Shown here: one piece after another, positions 10,456 to 20,671 of the stretch
Layout of the letters: each line of letters opens with the position of its first letter
Position numbering within the stretch: position 1 is the first letter of the stretch
Source: Candidatus Heimdallarchaeota archaeon
Lineage (GTDB): Archaea; Asgardarchaeota; Heimdallarchaeia; Hodarchaeales; Hodarchaeaceae
Length of the DNA: 64,000 nt
Assembly: GCA_020353515.1 (NCBI GenBank)
Contig: CP070695.1
Location: 4,593,414 to 4,657,413, forward strand
Direction: 5' to 3'
The notes under the pieces: generated by a model
Databases searched by the model: none
Seen by the model: only the letters and a program-made list of their open reading frames with translations
What the model was told of the DNA's origin: nothing
Translations under genes and position numbers: made by a program

Positions 10456-10882
10456 TTATTTTTCAGTAGAAATTTTTATTTTTTAAAATTCCTTTCAAAT
10501 CTGTTCATAATTCTACTTGTCGAACAAGTTAGGAGAAAATCTCATTTCGCAGAATTGGGAGGTATCAGAGGAAGATATCTTTTATAATATTCAATGATCT
10601 GAAAGTCTACATTCATTTCAAAAAAATACCCTCAAACGAAATTATAGGATAGGTTAATATTTCCACAGAAACAGAATTCTACTAATTCTTGATCTCATAC
10701 TATCCTTGTTTGAATACATTTATAATGGCAGATGTTAGGCTAGTTCCAGAAACTTATGAAAATTTAAAAGGAATGGCTTTAATCGCTAACCTATAATAGT
10801 ATTCATGGTAAGCATTTTTTCAAATTTTTGTTTTAAAGTTTTTTTTCAGTAAATATTGAAATTTAACAATGAGGTAGAACCA

Positions 10883-13800
10883 ATGGTACATATAAAGGAG
10901 ATAAGAATGACTGGGTGGAAGTCATATGGGCCTGGTACCGTTAGGATGCCTCTAGCAACAGGATTTACAGTAATAGTTGGACCAAACGGCAGTGGGAAAT
11001 CTAATAGCATAGATGGAGTCAACTTCTGTTTAGGAGCCTTGTCAAAAAAATCAATGAGAGCCGAAAAAATGATTGGCCTCATTTATAATGGAATCGGAGG
11101 AAAAAAACCAGCAGAAAGGGCTACAGTCGAAATTATATTTGACAATAGTGATTATGCTATTCCTCTTAAAGAAAAAGAAGTGATTGTTAGTCGAGAATTA
11201 AAACGAAATGGCTCTGGAACTTATAGATTGAATGGAAAGCGGACTACACGAACAGATATCTTGGATAAACTTCGGATCGCTGGAATAGATGTCATTAATT
11301 CCTACAATATTATCGCTCAGGGTCAAGTGGGCGAAATTGTCGGAATGAATCCCATACAACGACGTCAATTAATGGAAAACCTAGCTGGTGTTGGTCAATT
11401 TGATGAAAAAAAGAGGACAGCACTTATTGAGCTAGATGAAGCTCAGCGAAGAATGGATGAACTCCAATTATTAGTAAATGAAGTTGCCAAACGTGTTGAA
11501 GTTTTACGTAAGGAAAAAGAAGATGCAGAACGCTGGACTCAACTTGATCAAGAGATTCTACAGCTTAAAGCACTTTTAATTTCATATGCATTTCATAATA
11601 ATCAACAAAATGCTTCTCAATTCGATGAGGAAATAACAAACTTTCGTACAGATCAAGAAACCAAAATTAACGAACGTGAGCAAGCTAATGAAAGAATTGA
11701 AGAAGTTACTGAAAAAATTAGGTTTTTAGAAGATCAATCAATCCGATTAGAGACTTCTCTCTCAGAAATTCGAACATCAGCAGAAGAAAAGAATATAGAG
11801 AAAGCGAAAATCGAGGAAAAAACGGAATATAACAAGAAAACAATTAAATCTAATGAAAAGCGTATTAAACAACTCCAAGAGCGTTTAGATCAAATTGCCA
11901 AAAAAACCGAAGAAGATTTCAAAAATAAAGAGGAGTTAGAAGAATCAAAAAAGGAACTTCAGACAAAGATCGAGGAAACGCAAAATCAACGAGCAGCAAT
12001 TGAAAGTGAATTAGAGCAAAAAAGTCAGCAATATGATGAAATAAAAAATGAATATGATGATGCTGAGCGTAGACATCGAGTAGAAAGTGACCGATTGACA
12101 AAAACTCAGGTTTCTTTTGAAGTTTCGCAAAATATGGTAACTGCATTCCAAAATAATGTTAATGAGTTTGAAAAACGTCAAAAGGACCTAGAGGATCAAA
12201 TTTTAGCATCACAATCAAGATCTCAAGAACTTTCTCAAAGTCTAATAGAAGATCAAAAACAGCTCGATGAAGCCAAATCTAAGGTGGGAGACGTCGATCA
12301 GAAGAAAATGAATTTAGACACAAAGATAAACTCATTAGAGAGTGAGAGTCGGGAGCTTAATGATAAATATTTAGTCCTCAAGGCACGGATAGACACAATA
12401 TCGTCATTTTTAAAATCAGAAGAAGGAAAAGAGAACCCAGCAGTTTCTTTTATTAGTACCAGAGCAAATAATGGGGAAATTCAGGGTGTATTGGGAGAAT
12501 TTCAGAACTTATCAAGTGATGGGGAAAGTTTACCTACAGAAGTAGGTCATCTCTCCGATGCAATAATAACAGAATCAATTGATTCAGCTATTGGATGTAT
12601 CCAACTTTTAAAGGACAATGCGGTTGGTGCAGCTAATTTTATACCTTTGGAAAAGTATAAACTAAAATCTACTGAAAAATTCTCAAATATTGTAAAAAAG
12701 ATACGTGAACAGAACGAAGTAGTATCTAATCTCAAAGAAGCAGCAAAAACCTGGCGTAAAAGAGAACAGACAATCTCAACTGTTGATGGGGATGTATTTT
12801 ATTCTAATGGAATTATATATGGTGGATTTCACCTTGCTGCAGCACAAGAAACAGTTGATGAGCTTCGTACTGAAATGGATAACACACGTGAGCAACGGGA
12901 TAGTTTAAGAAATCAATTAAAAGAGGAACAAGAGAATAAAAAGAAGTTAATTGACCTTGAAAAAGTAATTACTCAATCTATTCAAAAATTGGAAAAACAG
13001 ATCCAGAATGCTACAATCCAACAAACTCAGCAAGAAAACGAGGTTAACCTCTACCAAGATAATATGGAGAAAAACAGACTGGAATTGGAACCCCTTCAAC
13101 AACAACTTCAAGATCGTTTGAAATCTAGAGACGAACAGCAAAAAGAAATGGAGTTCTATGAAGAAAGTCTTGAAAAAATCGCTAATGAGATCAGTGAAAT
13201 TGAACAAAGACTCGAAGCTGCTGATACACGACCTCTCCTGGAAAAAATGAATCAGGTTGAACAACAGCTTGGAAAGTTACAAGGGAAATTCACAGGTGTC
13301 GAATCACGGATTGAAAGTTTGGTTACAAGTAAAGAAGAAAAAGAGCAAAGATCAAAAGAAACTAGTGAGGAAATTAATGCAGTACAAGTCGAAAATGCAA
13401 ATTTAACAGGTGAATTACAAGCTTTAGAAGAACAACACACCCAATTAGGTGATCAGCTCTCAAAGATATTAGAAAATGAGGAAGAAGTATCAAGGGAGAT
13501 GAAAGATGTGAAATCAGACCTTGGTACTCAAAAGAAATATCAGGGGCAACTTATCAAAGATAAAGAAGAATTAAACGAAAATATTGCAAAATTTGAAGAA
13601 AAAATTACTGAAATTAAACTACAGCGTGAACGTTTAACTGTAGAACTGGAAAATCTACAGAATGAAGCGTCAGATCTCAACATTGAGATCATTCCTGCAG
13701 ATGCAGAAGAATTACAGAAAGTAAATAAAAGTAAGATTACGAAGGATATCGAGCAAAAGACTACTGAGAGGACGCGATTAGAACCCGTCAATATGAGAGC

Positions 13801-14464
13801 ATTGAAAGAATTTCAAGAAGAAAACGCCCGATACATTGAATTATTGGATCGGAGGGACATTCTTATAGAAGAACGTCAGGTGATTCTTGATTTTATTGAA
13901 GAGATAGAGACGGAGAAGTATAGCGTCTTTATGAAAGTCTTCCGATCTGTAAATAAACACTTTGGTTCAATCTTTCACGAATTATCAGGAGGAGATGCTA
14001 GATTAATCCTAGAAAAAGATCCAAAAAAGGGTGAGGATATTTTCGAGGGAGGTATGTTCATTGAGGCTCATCCTGCTGGAAAAAAGGTCGCTTCTCTTGA
14101 ATCCATGTCTGGTGGTGAGAAAGCATTGACTGCACTAGCATTTATCTTTGCAGTCCAAACTGTTGATGCTCAGCCATTTTATATCTTAGATGAAATCGAC
14201 GCTGCTTTAGATCCCATGAACGTTCGGAGAGTGGCAAAATTACTTTATCGAATGAGTAGAAGTGTGGGCCAAGAAGATGATGGAAAAACAGGAAGAGAAC
14301 GGAAATCTTCACCAGGTGCCCAATTCTTAGTTATCAGTCATCGTGACATCTTAATGGCATGGGCTGACAGATTATACGGTTGTACCAATGTTAAAGGATT
14401 AAGTTCCGTCTTCTCAATCCAGATGAGTGAAGAAAAACAGTTAGAACGGGCTGAAGCTTTCTAA
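10883..14464 (+). CDS. smc: Chromosome segregation ATPase SMC
   Basis: Walker A GPNGSGKSN, Q-loop IAQG, hinge Gx6Gx3GG (GDVFYSNGIIYGG), signature MSGGEK, Walker B/D-loop LDEIDAALD. ATG at 10883 follows a GAGGT RBS. Confidence 0.96.
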   Translation: MVHIKEIRMTGWKSYGPGTVRMPLATGFTVIVGPNGSGKSNSIDGVNFCLGALSKKSMRAEKMIGLIYNGIGGKKPAERATVEIIFDNSDYAIPLKEKEVIVSRELKRNGSGTYRLNGKRTTRTDILDKLRIAGIDVINSYNIIAQGQVGEIVGMNPIQRRQLMENLAGVGQFDEKKRTALIELDEAQRRMDELQLLVNEVAKRVEVLRKEKEDAERWTQLDQEILQLKALLISYAFHNNQQNASQFDEEITNFRTDQETKINEREQANERIEEVTEKIRFLEDQSIRLETSLSEIRTSAEEKNIEKAKIEEKTEYNKKTIKSNEKRIKQLQERLDQIAKKTEEDFKNKEELEESKKELQTKIEETQNQRAAIESELEQKSQQYDEIKNEYDDAERRHRVESDRLTKTQVSFEVSQNMVTAFQNNVNEFEKRQKDLEDQILASQSRSQELSQSLIEDQKQLDEAKSKVGDVDQKKMNLDTKINSLESESRELNDKYLVLKARIDTISSFLKSEEGKENPAVSFISTRANNGEIQGVLGEFQNLSSDGESLPTEVGHLSDAIITESIDSAIGCIQLLKDNAVGAANFIPLEKYKLKSTEKFSNIVKKIREQNEVVSNLKEAAKTWRKREQTISTVDGDVFYSNGIIYGGFHLAAAQETVDELRTEMDNTREQRDSLRNQLKEEQENKKKLIDLEKVITQSIQKLEKQIQNATIQQTQQENEVNLYQDNMEKNRLELEPLQQQLQDRLKSRDEQQKEMEFYEESLEKIANEISEIEQRLEAADTRPLLEKMNQVEQQLGKLQGKFTGVESRIESLVTSKEEKEQRSKETSEEINAVQVENANLTGELQALEEQHTQLGDQLSKILENEEEVSREMKDVKSDLGTQKKYQGQLIKDKEELNENIAKFEEKITEIKLQRERLTVELENLQNEASDLNIEIIPADAEELQKVNKSKITKDIEQKTTERTRLEPVNMRALKEFQEENARYIELLDRRDILIEERQVILDFIEEIETEKYSVFMKVFRSVNKHFGSIFHELSGGDARLILEKDPKKGEDIFEGGMFIEAHPAGKKVASLESMSGGEKALTALAFIFAVQTVDAQPFYILDEIDAALDPMNVRRVAKLLYRMSRSVGQEDDGKTGRERKSSPGAQFLVISHRDILMAWADRLYGCTNVKGLSSVFSIQMSEEKQLERAEAF

Positions 14465-14485
14465 GATTAAATCTGAGGTTCTAAA

Positions 14486-15331
14486 TTGACTGAAGTAGTG
14501 GAAACAGAAGAGGAAGACGACGAAGACGATTATATTCGATTGTTCAGTCATAGTGGCCAATTCTTCCTCGAAGAGCCGTACATCTACCTCATCAATCCAG
14601 ATCTGTTTCCAGAACGGGTATCATTCATTCGTGATTTTAAAATGAAAGAGATACTTCCAGATTTTCATCAAAAATTACAGAAACAAGGATTAGATTTCCG
14701 AATTCTTGGTCAAGCAATATATTCAGCTTCACGTATTCACAAGAAGAAAGTTAGTGTCGCAATTCAATATGAAAAAAAGCAAGAAGAAAAACTAGCTATC
14801 CGCGCTAAAAGACGAGAATTTCAATTTAAGATTCCACTTCTTTTTTATGTAACTAGAGACCTCCTTGCTTTGGCAGAGTCAGCTGATCCTGAATCTTTTT
14901 ATGCTGAGCTCTTACTAGGCCTTCAAGAGGAAGATGAAAAGAAAAAATTAGAAAAGATTAAAGCAGAAAGGAAATTGATGAAGGGGGATGTGAAACGACG
15001 AAGACGAAAGTTAGAATTGGCAGACTTCGAAAGTTTTGACTATGAACTCGATTTAGACAGGGTTGCCATTGAAGATATTGTGAAAAATACATTTGAAATC
15101 ATTAAGAAAATTGCTTTCGAAGATAAGAATAAAGAAGCAGAATTTACGAAAGTTGTTAGAGAAATGGAGAGAGAAAGTAAAACTGATGAACAGAGACGTC
15201 TTATTAGAGCACGAGTGTTAATCTCTTGTCTTTACCTCTTCCGTGATGAGCTTATCACTGCAGAACAAGAGCTAAATCCTCCTTATGAAATTTATATTCA
15301 AGTAACTGCTAGAGGGAAAAGAAAAAAATAA
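14486..15331 (+). CDS. scpA: Kleisin ScpA (divergent)
   Basis: Directly after smc; N-terminal DFRILGQAIYSASRIHKKK and C-terminal winged helix VLISCLYLFRDELITAEQE...YEIYI. Confidence 0.78.
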   Translation: MTEVVETEEEDDEDDYIRLFSHSGQFFLEEPYIYLINPDLFPERVSFIRDFKMKEILPDFHQKLQKQGLDFRILGQAIYSASRIHKKKVSVAIQYEKKQEEKLAIRAKRREFQFKIPLLFYVTRDLLALAESADPESFYAELLLGLQEEDEKKKLEKIKAERKLMKGDVKRRRRKLELADFESFDYELDLDRVAIEDIVKNTFEIIKKIAFEDKNKEAEFTKVVREMERESKTDEQRRLIRARVLISCLYLFRDELITAEQELNPPYEIYIQVTARGKRKK

Positions 15332-15353
15332 GAAAAGAGGAAAAGGGACGAAA

Positions 15354-17756
15354 TTACATTCCTACCTCAGTACGGGTAATTTCAATTGAACGGGCTAAGA
15401 AATAATCCCCAAGTACGATTTTCCCCATCAATGTGACAAATGCATCAGAGAAACTCGCGATACCGACTGTTTCTCCTTGATCTTCTGTGATCCCGATAAT
15501 TACCTCTTCCCCATCCCGGTCTGCAGCAATATACTTATCAACACCCTCAAACTTGGTAACATCTACTCTTCGAACACGGACATTTGGCTTTGAAAAGAGC
15601 CTTTTTAAGAGATCAGTATGTTTAGCTGGATCTAAAACTGAGACTAAATTGATTCTTTGATGACTTTTCGTCTCGAGGATTATCTCAACAGGAATATTAT
15701 CAGCCTGAGGAATCAATAATGTCATTCCTCCTTTCATCCTTGAGAACATATCTTGCATGTAGTTTAAGACCGCCTCCCGAGAAACAATCGGAGCTGTTTG
15801 AACTTCAGGATGTTTTGTATCCGTTACCAAAGATGAAATTTTTTCTAAAGAGAATAAGTAATTTTTAAACACCTCTTCATTTCTTTGTGATACTTCTTTA
15901 AATTTAGAAGTATAATCTACAAGTTCTGTCTCCAGAGTTGTGATTTCAGCTTGAATACTAGAAGCTATCAACTCACTAGTAGTGGAAAGTTGATCAGAGG
16001 CACTTTTGCTCATTTCAGTCACTACATTACCCATTTTTTCCTGGAGTTCTCGAGTTTGAACAATTAACTTTTCTGACATTTTGACTGCAGTTTCGGTTAA
16101 TGAGGTGTTGAATTTGGCATCATATTCTTTTATCTGACCATTGATTTCCTCAATAAACTGATTAATATTCTCTAGCAGGGCATTGGTCTCTTGAGTAGTT
16201 AAAGTTTCCATTTCTTGATGTTTTGCATTAACTGCTGCTTTGAAGCTTTCCATCATGTGCTTGAATGATTCTAGCGCCTGAGATCTTGATGTAGAGACCT
16301 CTGTTTTAAATTTTGTAAGTTCCTCTTTCAAATATAGGTCTTGTGGGGTTAATGTCTGCTTAAATTGTTCTAAGTGTGAACTTATTTCGGTTTTCAAAGC
16401 TTCAACGACTTGACTCAATTCTTGTAAAGCAGCTCCTTTAATCTCTTCTGTCTTATCTTTTGCATCTGCGGTCATTTCATTGAATGCTGCAGTGATTCCT
16501 TCCCGTGTTTGTTCATAAGTTGACTGTGTCTCCTGCGTTAATCCTCCAAAGGTTGATTCCGTGTTTATGACAATTTTTTGAACATCACCATCTGTTTGCA
16601 CCTTAACTGCTTCTGAAAACTCTTCAATTGATGTTTGAACTTGATTTCTAGCTTCTGTCACTTTTTGAGATAACGTTTCTTGCGCTTGTTGCAACATTTC
16701 AATAAGTTGATTCTGAGTGGTTACTAAAGAATTATTAAGCGCCTGTTGTAAGCTCTCTGCACTACCAACAGTCTTAGACTTGATCTCATCCCTTGTAGAG
16801 GAAAATGCTCCAATTGCATCTTGCTTACTCAAGTCAAGGTGTTGATGAACTTTCTCATTATATGATTCAAGAGTCGTTCCCAATTTAAGTTGGCTATCTT
16901 CGCTAACTTTGGTAACTCTCTCCGCTATCTCTGAGGTGATGTTTGTCACATGAGATTTTAATTTTTCATCCCGCTCGTCAATCGATTGGAATAACACTTG
17001 CCCAGTCGTATCCATTGATTGATGGACATTTTGAATCCCTTGGGTAAGGGATTCTTGAGACTGTGAAACTAAAGTGTCTATCTGGGTTGTTAATGCCTGA
17101 TTTCGTTCACTTTCTGAAGTTTCTAGTTCAGAAACGCCTCTTTGATATTTTTCAAGTAGCTGTTGATTGGTTTGTTGTAGCTTAGTTCCCATTTCCTTCG
17201 CTTTATCATTATATACTTCTTTTAGGTTTGACACTAAAGTTTGATGCTCACTCTGCTTTGTTTCGAAGATTTTAGTGATTTTGGTTTTTGTTTCGTCAGT
17301 CCCTTGCTCCACCTCGAGAGTGTATCGAGCTATTCTCGCTTCAATATCCCCTTCTGCTTTCATCTCTGCTTGATTTATAGCTGTTTGAGCTGTTCCTATA
17401 CCATCAGAGATTTTTTGTGACTCTTCACGTATCTTACCTAGAATAATTTCCATTTTTTTAGCTACATGTTCATCAAGTTGAGCTGCCAATGCTTCCATTT
17501 GGGAAATAGTAGTCTCAGCAGAGGCTTTTAGATCATTAAAAGGAAGGATCGCATTATATCGAGAAGCAATCCCCGGAATCTGATACACATACCCCTTATT
17601 CTGTAATCCTTCTATCGATTTAATAGCATCAGCTGAAGTGAATTCAGCATTCTTAATTATTTCACCGAGAGAAAGAGGTCCCAACGCTAGAAGAAATATA
17701 TACACTTTTGACTCTTGAGAATTAAGATCTAATGATTCGAGTCCTAGATTAACCAT
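15354..17756 (-). CDS. TrmB-type HTH protein with ~550-aa helical/coiled-coil insert and C-terminal TrmB effector (PLD-like) domain
   Basis: ESKVYIFLLALGPLSLGEI...LQNKGYV...RYNAILP N-terminus; long amphipathic helical middle; C-terminal SREAVLNYMQDMF...AADRDGEEVIIG. Confidence 0.7.
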   Translation of the reverse strand: MVNLGLESLDLNSQESKVYIFLLALGPLSLGEIIKNAEFTSADAIKSIEGLQNKGYVYQIPGIASRYNAILPFNDLKASAETTISQMEALAAQLDEHVAKKMEIILGKIREESQKISDGIGTAQTAINQAEMKAEGDIEARIARYTLEVEQGTDETKTKITKIFETKQSEHQTLVSNLKEVYNDKAKEMGTKLQQTNQQLLEKYQRGVSELETSESERNQALTTQIDTLVSQSQESLTQGIQNVHQSMDTTGQVLFQSIDERDEKLKSHVTNITSEIAERVTKVSEDSQLKLGTTLESYNEKVHQHLDLSKQDAIGAFSSTRDEIKSKTVGSAESLQQALNNSLVTTQNQLIEMLQQAQETLSQKVTEARNQVQTSIEEFSEAVKVQTDGDVQKIVINTESTFGGLTQETQSTYEQTREGITAAFNEMTADAKDKTEEIKGAALQELSQVVEALKTEISSHLEQFKQTLTPQDLYLKEELTKFKTEVSTSRSQALESFKHMMESFKAAVNAKHQEMETLTTQETNALLENINQFIEEINGQIKEYDAKFNTSLTETAVKMSEKLIVQTRELQEKMGNVVTEMSKSASDQLSTTSELIASSIQAEITTLETELVDYTSKFKEVSQRNEEVFKNYLFSLEKISSLVTDTKHPEVQTAPIVSREAVLNYMQDMFSRMKGGMTLLIPQADNIPVEIILETKSHQRINLVSVLDPAKHTDLLKRLFSKPNVRVRRVDVTKFEGVDKYIAADRDGEEVIIGITEDQGETVGIASFSDAFVTLMGKIVLGDYFLARSIEITRTEVGM

Positions 17757-18112
17757 TATGTCACTTCCTAAGTTTATTTCTTATTTTTTTCATGATTTTG
17801 CAGACTTTTAACTTTGTACATCGTTTGCCTAAATTAAGTTTTTCTTATATCATGAGGTTAAATGCAAATTTTCAAAGCATTTTCCACCCAAATCCTCGGT
17901 GATTCGTAAATAACTCCAATAAAGCCGACAAAATAGTTTAAACAATTCCTTATGAGATTTAAGGTGGTATCAGCATTCTATCTATTATGTATTCAAAGTT
18001 TATCACTTATATTCATAAGCAAAAAATCAAGTGAAATTGAAAAATCAATATAAAGTCTTGATTCCCTGACTCTAATAACAGAATTAAATTTGCTTCGGGT
18101 CTGGATTTAATA

Positions 18113-18673
18113 ATGGACATTAAAGCTTTGAAAGAAAAAAATGTGATAGAGGCTGCATTATATCTTTATGATCGTCCGATGAGCTTTACTGAGTTAGCAG
18201 AACTTATTCAGAAGGATGAGGGTGAAGTAGAACGACTCATTGAGAAAATTCGAGATGATCATATGGATCAGAAAAGAGCTTATACCATTATTAATACTGA
18301 AAAAAATGTTGTACAATTGAAACTGAGAGAGGAGATAGCTGCCCACTTACATTGGCCTTTTATCCAGCGTTCTGAGGTTCCCCGGCATTTACTTAAGGTT
18401 CTAAGCCTCACTGCCTTTAAAGAATATGTACTAGAGGAAAAAGTAACCCCAAGTAAACTTCAAAGAATCCTAGGAAAAAGAGTAAGAGAAGATTTAGAAG
18501 AATTAAAAGCAATGAACTTAATTACGATTACCCCTAAGGGGAAAAGAAACATTATCAACGTAACTGAGGACTTCTTAAACCTTTTTAAACTACCCTTTGA
18601 GCCAGAAAAAACAAAAATAGCAATACGAACTGGATTAAAAGAATATGCTCTCCGTGAACTTCAGTTTGAATAA
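18113..18673 (+). CDS. scpB: ScpB-like kite subunit 1
   Basis: VIEAALYLYDRPMSFTELAELI (first winged helix); LLKVLSLTAFK...VTEDFLNLFKL (second winged helix). Confidence 0.75.
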   Translation: MDIKALKEKNVIEAALYLYDRPMSFTELAELIQKDEGEVERLIEKIRDDHMDQKRAYTIINTEKNVVQLKLREEIAAHLHWPFIQRSEVPRHLLKVLSLTAFKEYVLEEKVTPSKLQRILGKRVREDLEELKAMNLITITPKGKRNIINVTEDFLNLFKLPFEPEKTKIAIRTGLKEYALRELQFE

Positions 18674-18690
18674 AATTTTGAGGAAATAGC

Positions 18691-19866
18691 ATGTTTCGTC
18701 TGTTTCGCCGTCGAAAAAAAGATAAAAAGAAAGAAAAAGATATTGAGGAGAAATCTGAATCAAAAACTGAATTACCTCCTCAACCTTCAGAATTAGTTGT
18801 AGAAGATCAAGACAATTCTGATATACAACCAATAAAAGACCTCACTGTTGCTGAAATCCCATTTGAAGAAAGATTTGCTACAATTCCAAAAATTATAACA
18901 GAACCCATTCCTGAAGTTCCTGATACAGTCGAACCTATTTTGGACTTCTTGCCCTTTGCTGAAACAGTAGCTGAAACAGAGGTTTCAATAACTAGTTTTA
19001 TATCTCCTGAACTCTTAAAACCTCAGCCTGAGGTTGAACAAAGCATTCCTATTGTGCGTAAATTAACCACGGCAGAACTTCCGCCCATCACTTTAGAGGA
19101 GCGTATTGAAGGTGCCCTATTTTCTATCGGAAGACCAATTCACGTCAGAGAACTGATTGAAAGTTTTCAAGAAGAATCGCCTCTTGTTAAACGAACGTTA
19201 AGGAAAGTTTCAAGACAAAGAAAGCGAAGTTCCCCCATAATTATTGAAGAAATATCTAAGGACAGATGGGTACTACAACTTAATCCAAAGTATCATGAAT
19301 TTTTCCAGTCTATTGAGACGGAGAAATTCATGACACCAGAAGAGCGGCGAATTGTAACTGAAATTGCCTATCGGCAACCAATTTCTTTAGCAATGGTGAA
19401 AAAGATTGTCAAAAAAATTGGGCCTGTAAAGATCACTGAAATTTGTCGTAATCTTGAAGCTAGAGGATATGTTGTTGGTGAAAAACGTGCACGATCTCTT
19501 GTTTACACATCGACTCCAAAATTCGCTCATGATTTTGGCTTCGATGACGAAAGCCGACGTTTAAAACTTCAAATGCTATGGCGACTGAAGCGCTTAATGG
19601 GTGATTATGAAGAGGAACCAGATGAGAAAGAGATAGACGAAAAACTCAAAGAAGAAGAGGAGAGGGAAAAAGAAGAAGAAGAAACAGTAGACCGGATTGA
19701 CGAAGAGGATGAAAGGGAATTAGTAGAAGAAGCAGAGATAGAAGAGGAATCAAAAAAAGTCATTGAAAAAACAGAGATAATTGAAGATAAAAAAGGAGAG
19801 GAAGAGATTTTAGAGGTAAAATTCACTGAGGAAGTAGAACCTGAAACTGAAACGGAAAGCGAATAA
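18691..19866 (+). CDS. scpB: ScpB-like kite subunit 2 with disordered N-terminus and acidic C-terminal tail
   Basis: IEGALFSIGRPI, EIAYRQPIS and YTSTPKFAHDFGF are ScpB hallmarks; ~130-aa Pro/Glu-rich leader and ~85-aa Glu-rich tail. Confidence 0.82.
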   Translation: MFRLFRRRKKDKKKEKDIEEKSESKTELPPQPSELVVEDQDNSDIQPIKDLTVAEIPFEERFATIPKIITEPIPEVPDTVEPILDFLPFAETVAETEVSITSFISPELLKPQPEVEQSIPIVRKLTTAELPPITLEERIEGALFSIGRPIHVRELIESFQEESPLVKRTLRKVSRQRKRSSPIIIEEISKDRWVLQLNPKYHEFFQSIETEKFMTPEERRIVTEIAYRQPISLAMVKKIVKKIGPVKITEICRNLEARGYVVGEKRARSLVYTSTPKFAHDFGFDDESRRLKLQMLWRLKRLMGDYEEEPDEKEIDEKLKEEEEREKEEEETVDRIDEEDERELVEEAEIEEESKKVIEKTEIIEDKKGEEEILEVKFTEEVEPETETESE

Positions 19867-19903
19867 AGAAAATTTCTTCTAAGGTATTCTTACAATAGAG
19901 AAA

Positions 19904-20440
19904 TTACTCGAGATTTAAAGAAGAAAGGTGTTGGCTTACCATATCAATATAGACTTTTATAATTATCTCTCCACCAAGTTTAGCAGAGCATTCATAAAAA
20001 GGAATCCCATACTGTTCAGTGAAACTTTTACCTTCCTGATTAGTTACAGTTCGAGAATCGTCCAGATCAATCTTATTTCCAATTATTGATATTAAGGCAT
20101 TCTCTCCGACCGCACCTCGAAAGTCAGAAATCCAGCGATCAAGTTCTAAGAATGACTCACGTCTAGTAATATCGTAAACAACTATGCATCCGAAAGCTCC
20201 CTCGAAGTAAGTCTTTCTAATCTTTCCAAAATACTCCTGACCAGCTGTATCAATTAAAAGTAATTTTATTTGATGATTATCAACAGTGACTCGCTTTGTT
20301 GTAATATCCACTCCGATAGTCGGTGTATAACTTGAAGAGAACTTATTTTCAGCATATCGACGGATTAAACTGGTTTTTCCTACTCCATAAGATCCTGCTG
20401 CACAGATCTTCAATATCAAGTCATCTTTAGGAGCACTCAT
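19904..20440 (-). CDS. Rab-like small GTPase (tandem paralogue)
   Basis: GSYGVGKTS, PTIGVD, DTAGQE, NKID, CSAK. Confidence 0.93.
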   Translation of the reverse strand: MSAPKDDLILKICAAGSYGVGKTSLIRRYAENKFSSSYTPTIGVDITTKRVTVDNHQIKLLLIDTAGQEYFGKIRKTYFEGAFGCIVVYDITRRESFLELDRWISDFRGAVGENALISIIGNKIDLDDSRTVTNQEGKSFTEQYGIPFYECSAKLGGEIIIKVYIDMVSQHLSSLNLE

Positions 20441-20671
20441 TTCCCAATAACCTCGATTTTCTCGTAAGTAAACAAAGTTAAACTTTAATAACTTTTCAGC
20501 TAAACCAGCTTTCTTATAGATTTAGTAATCCCAATGAACTGGATGTTTTCCCATTCTTTTATATTATTGTGAACTTTGACATATCATGAATTTATGATAT
20601 TAAAACAGTTCTGATTTTACAAGATAATTTTGGTGACTTATAAAAAAAGAAATAACATTGATTTTTTGAAC

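Noticed and set aside
19605-19826. Ser-rich minus-strand ORF / apparent GAA repeat
   Set aside because: Antisense shadow of the Glu-rich ScpB2 tail, not an independent gene or DNA repeat
10883-19866. Wadjet/MksBEFG-type defence SMC system
   Set aside because: The SMC is a canonical chromosome-type Smc, and no JetD/TOPRIM nuclease is adjacent (top6A is ~37 kb away with its own top6B)
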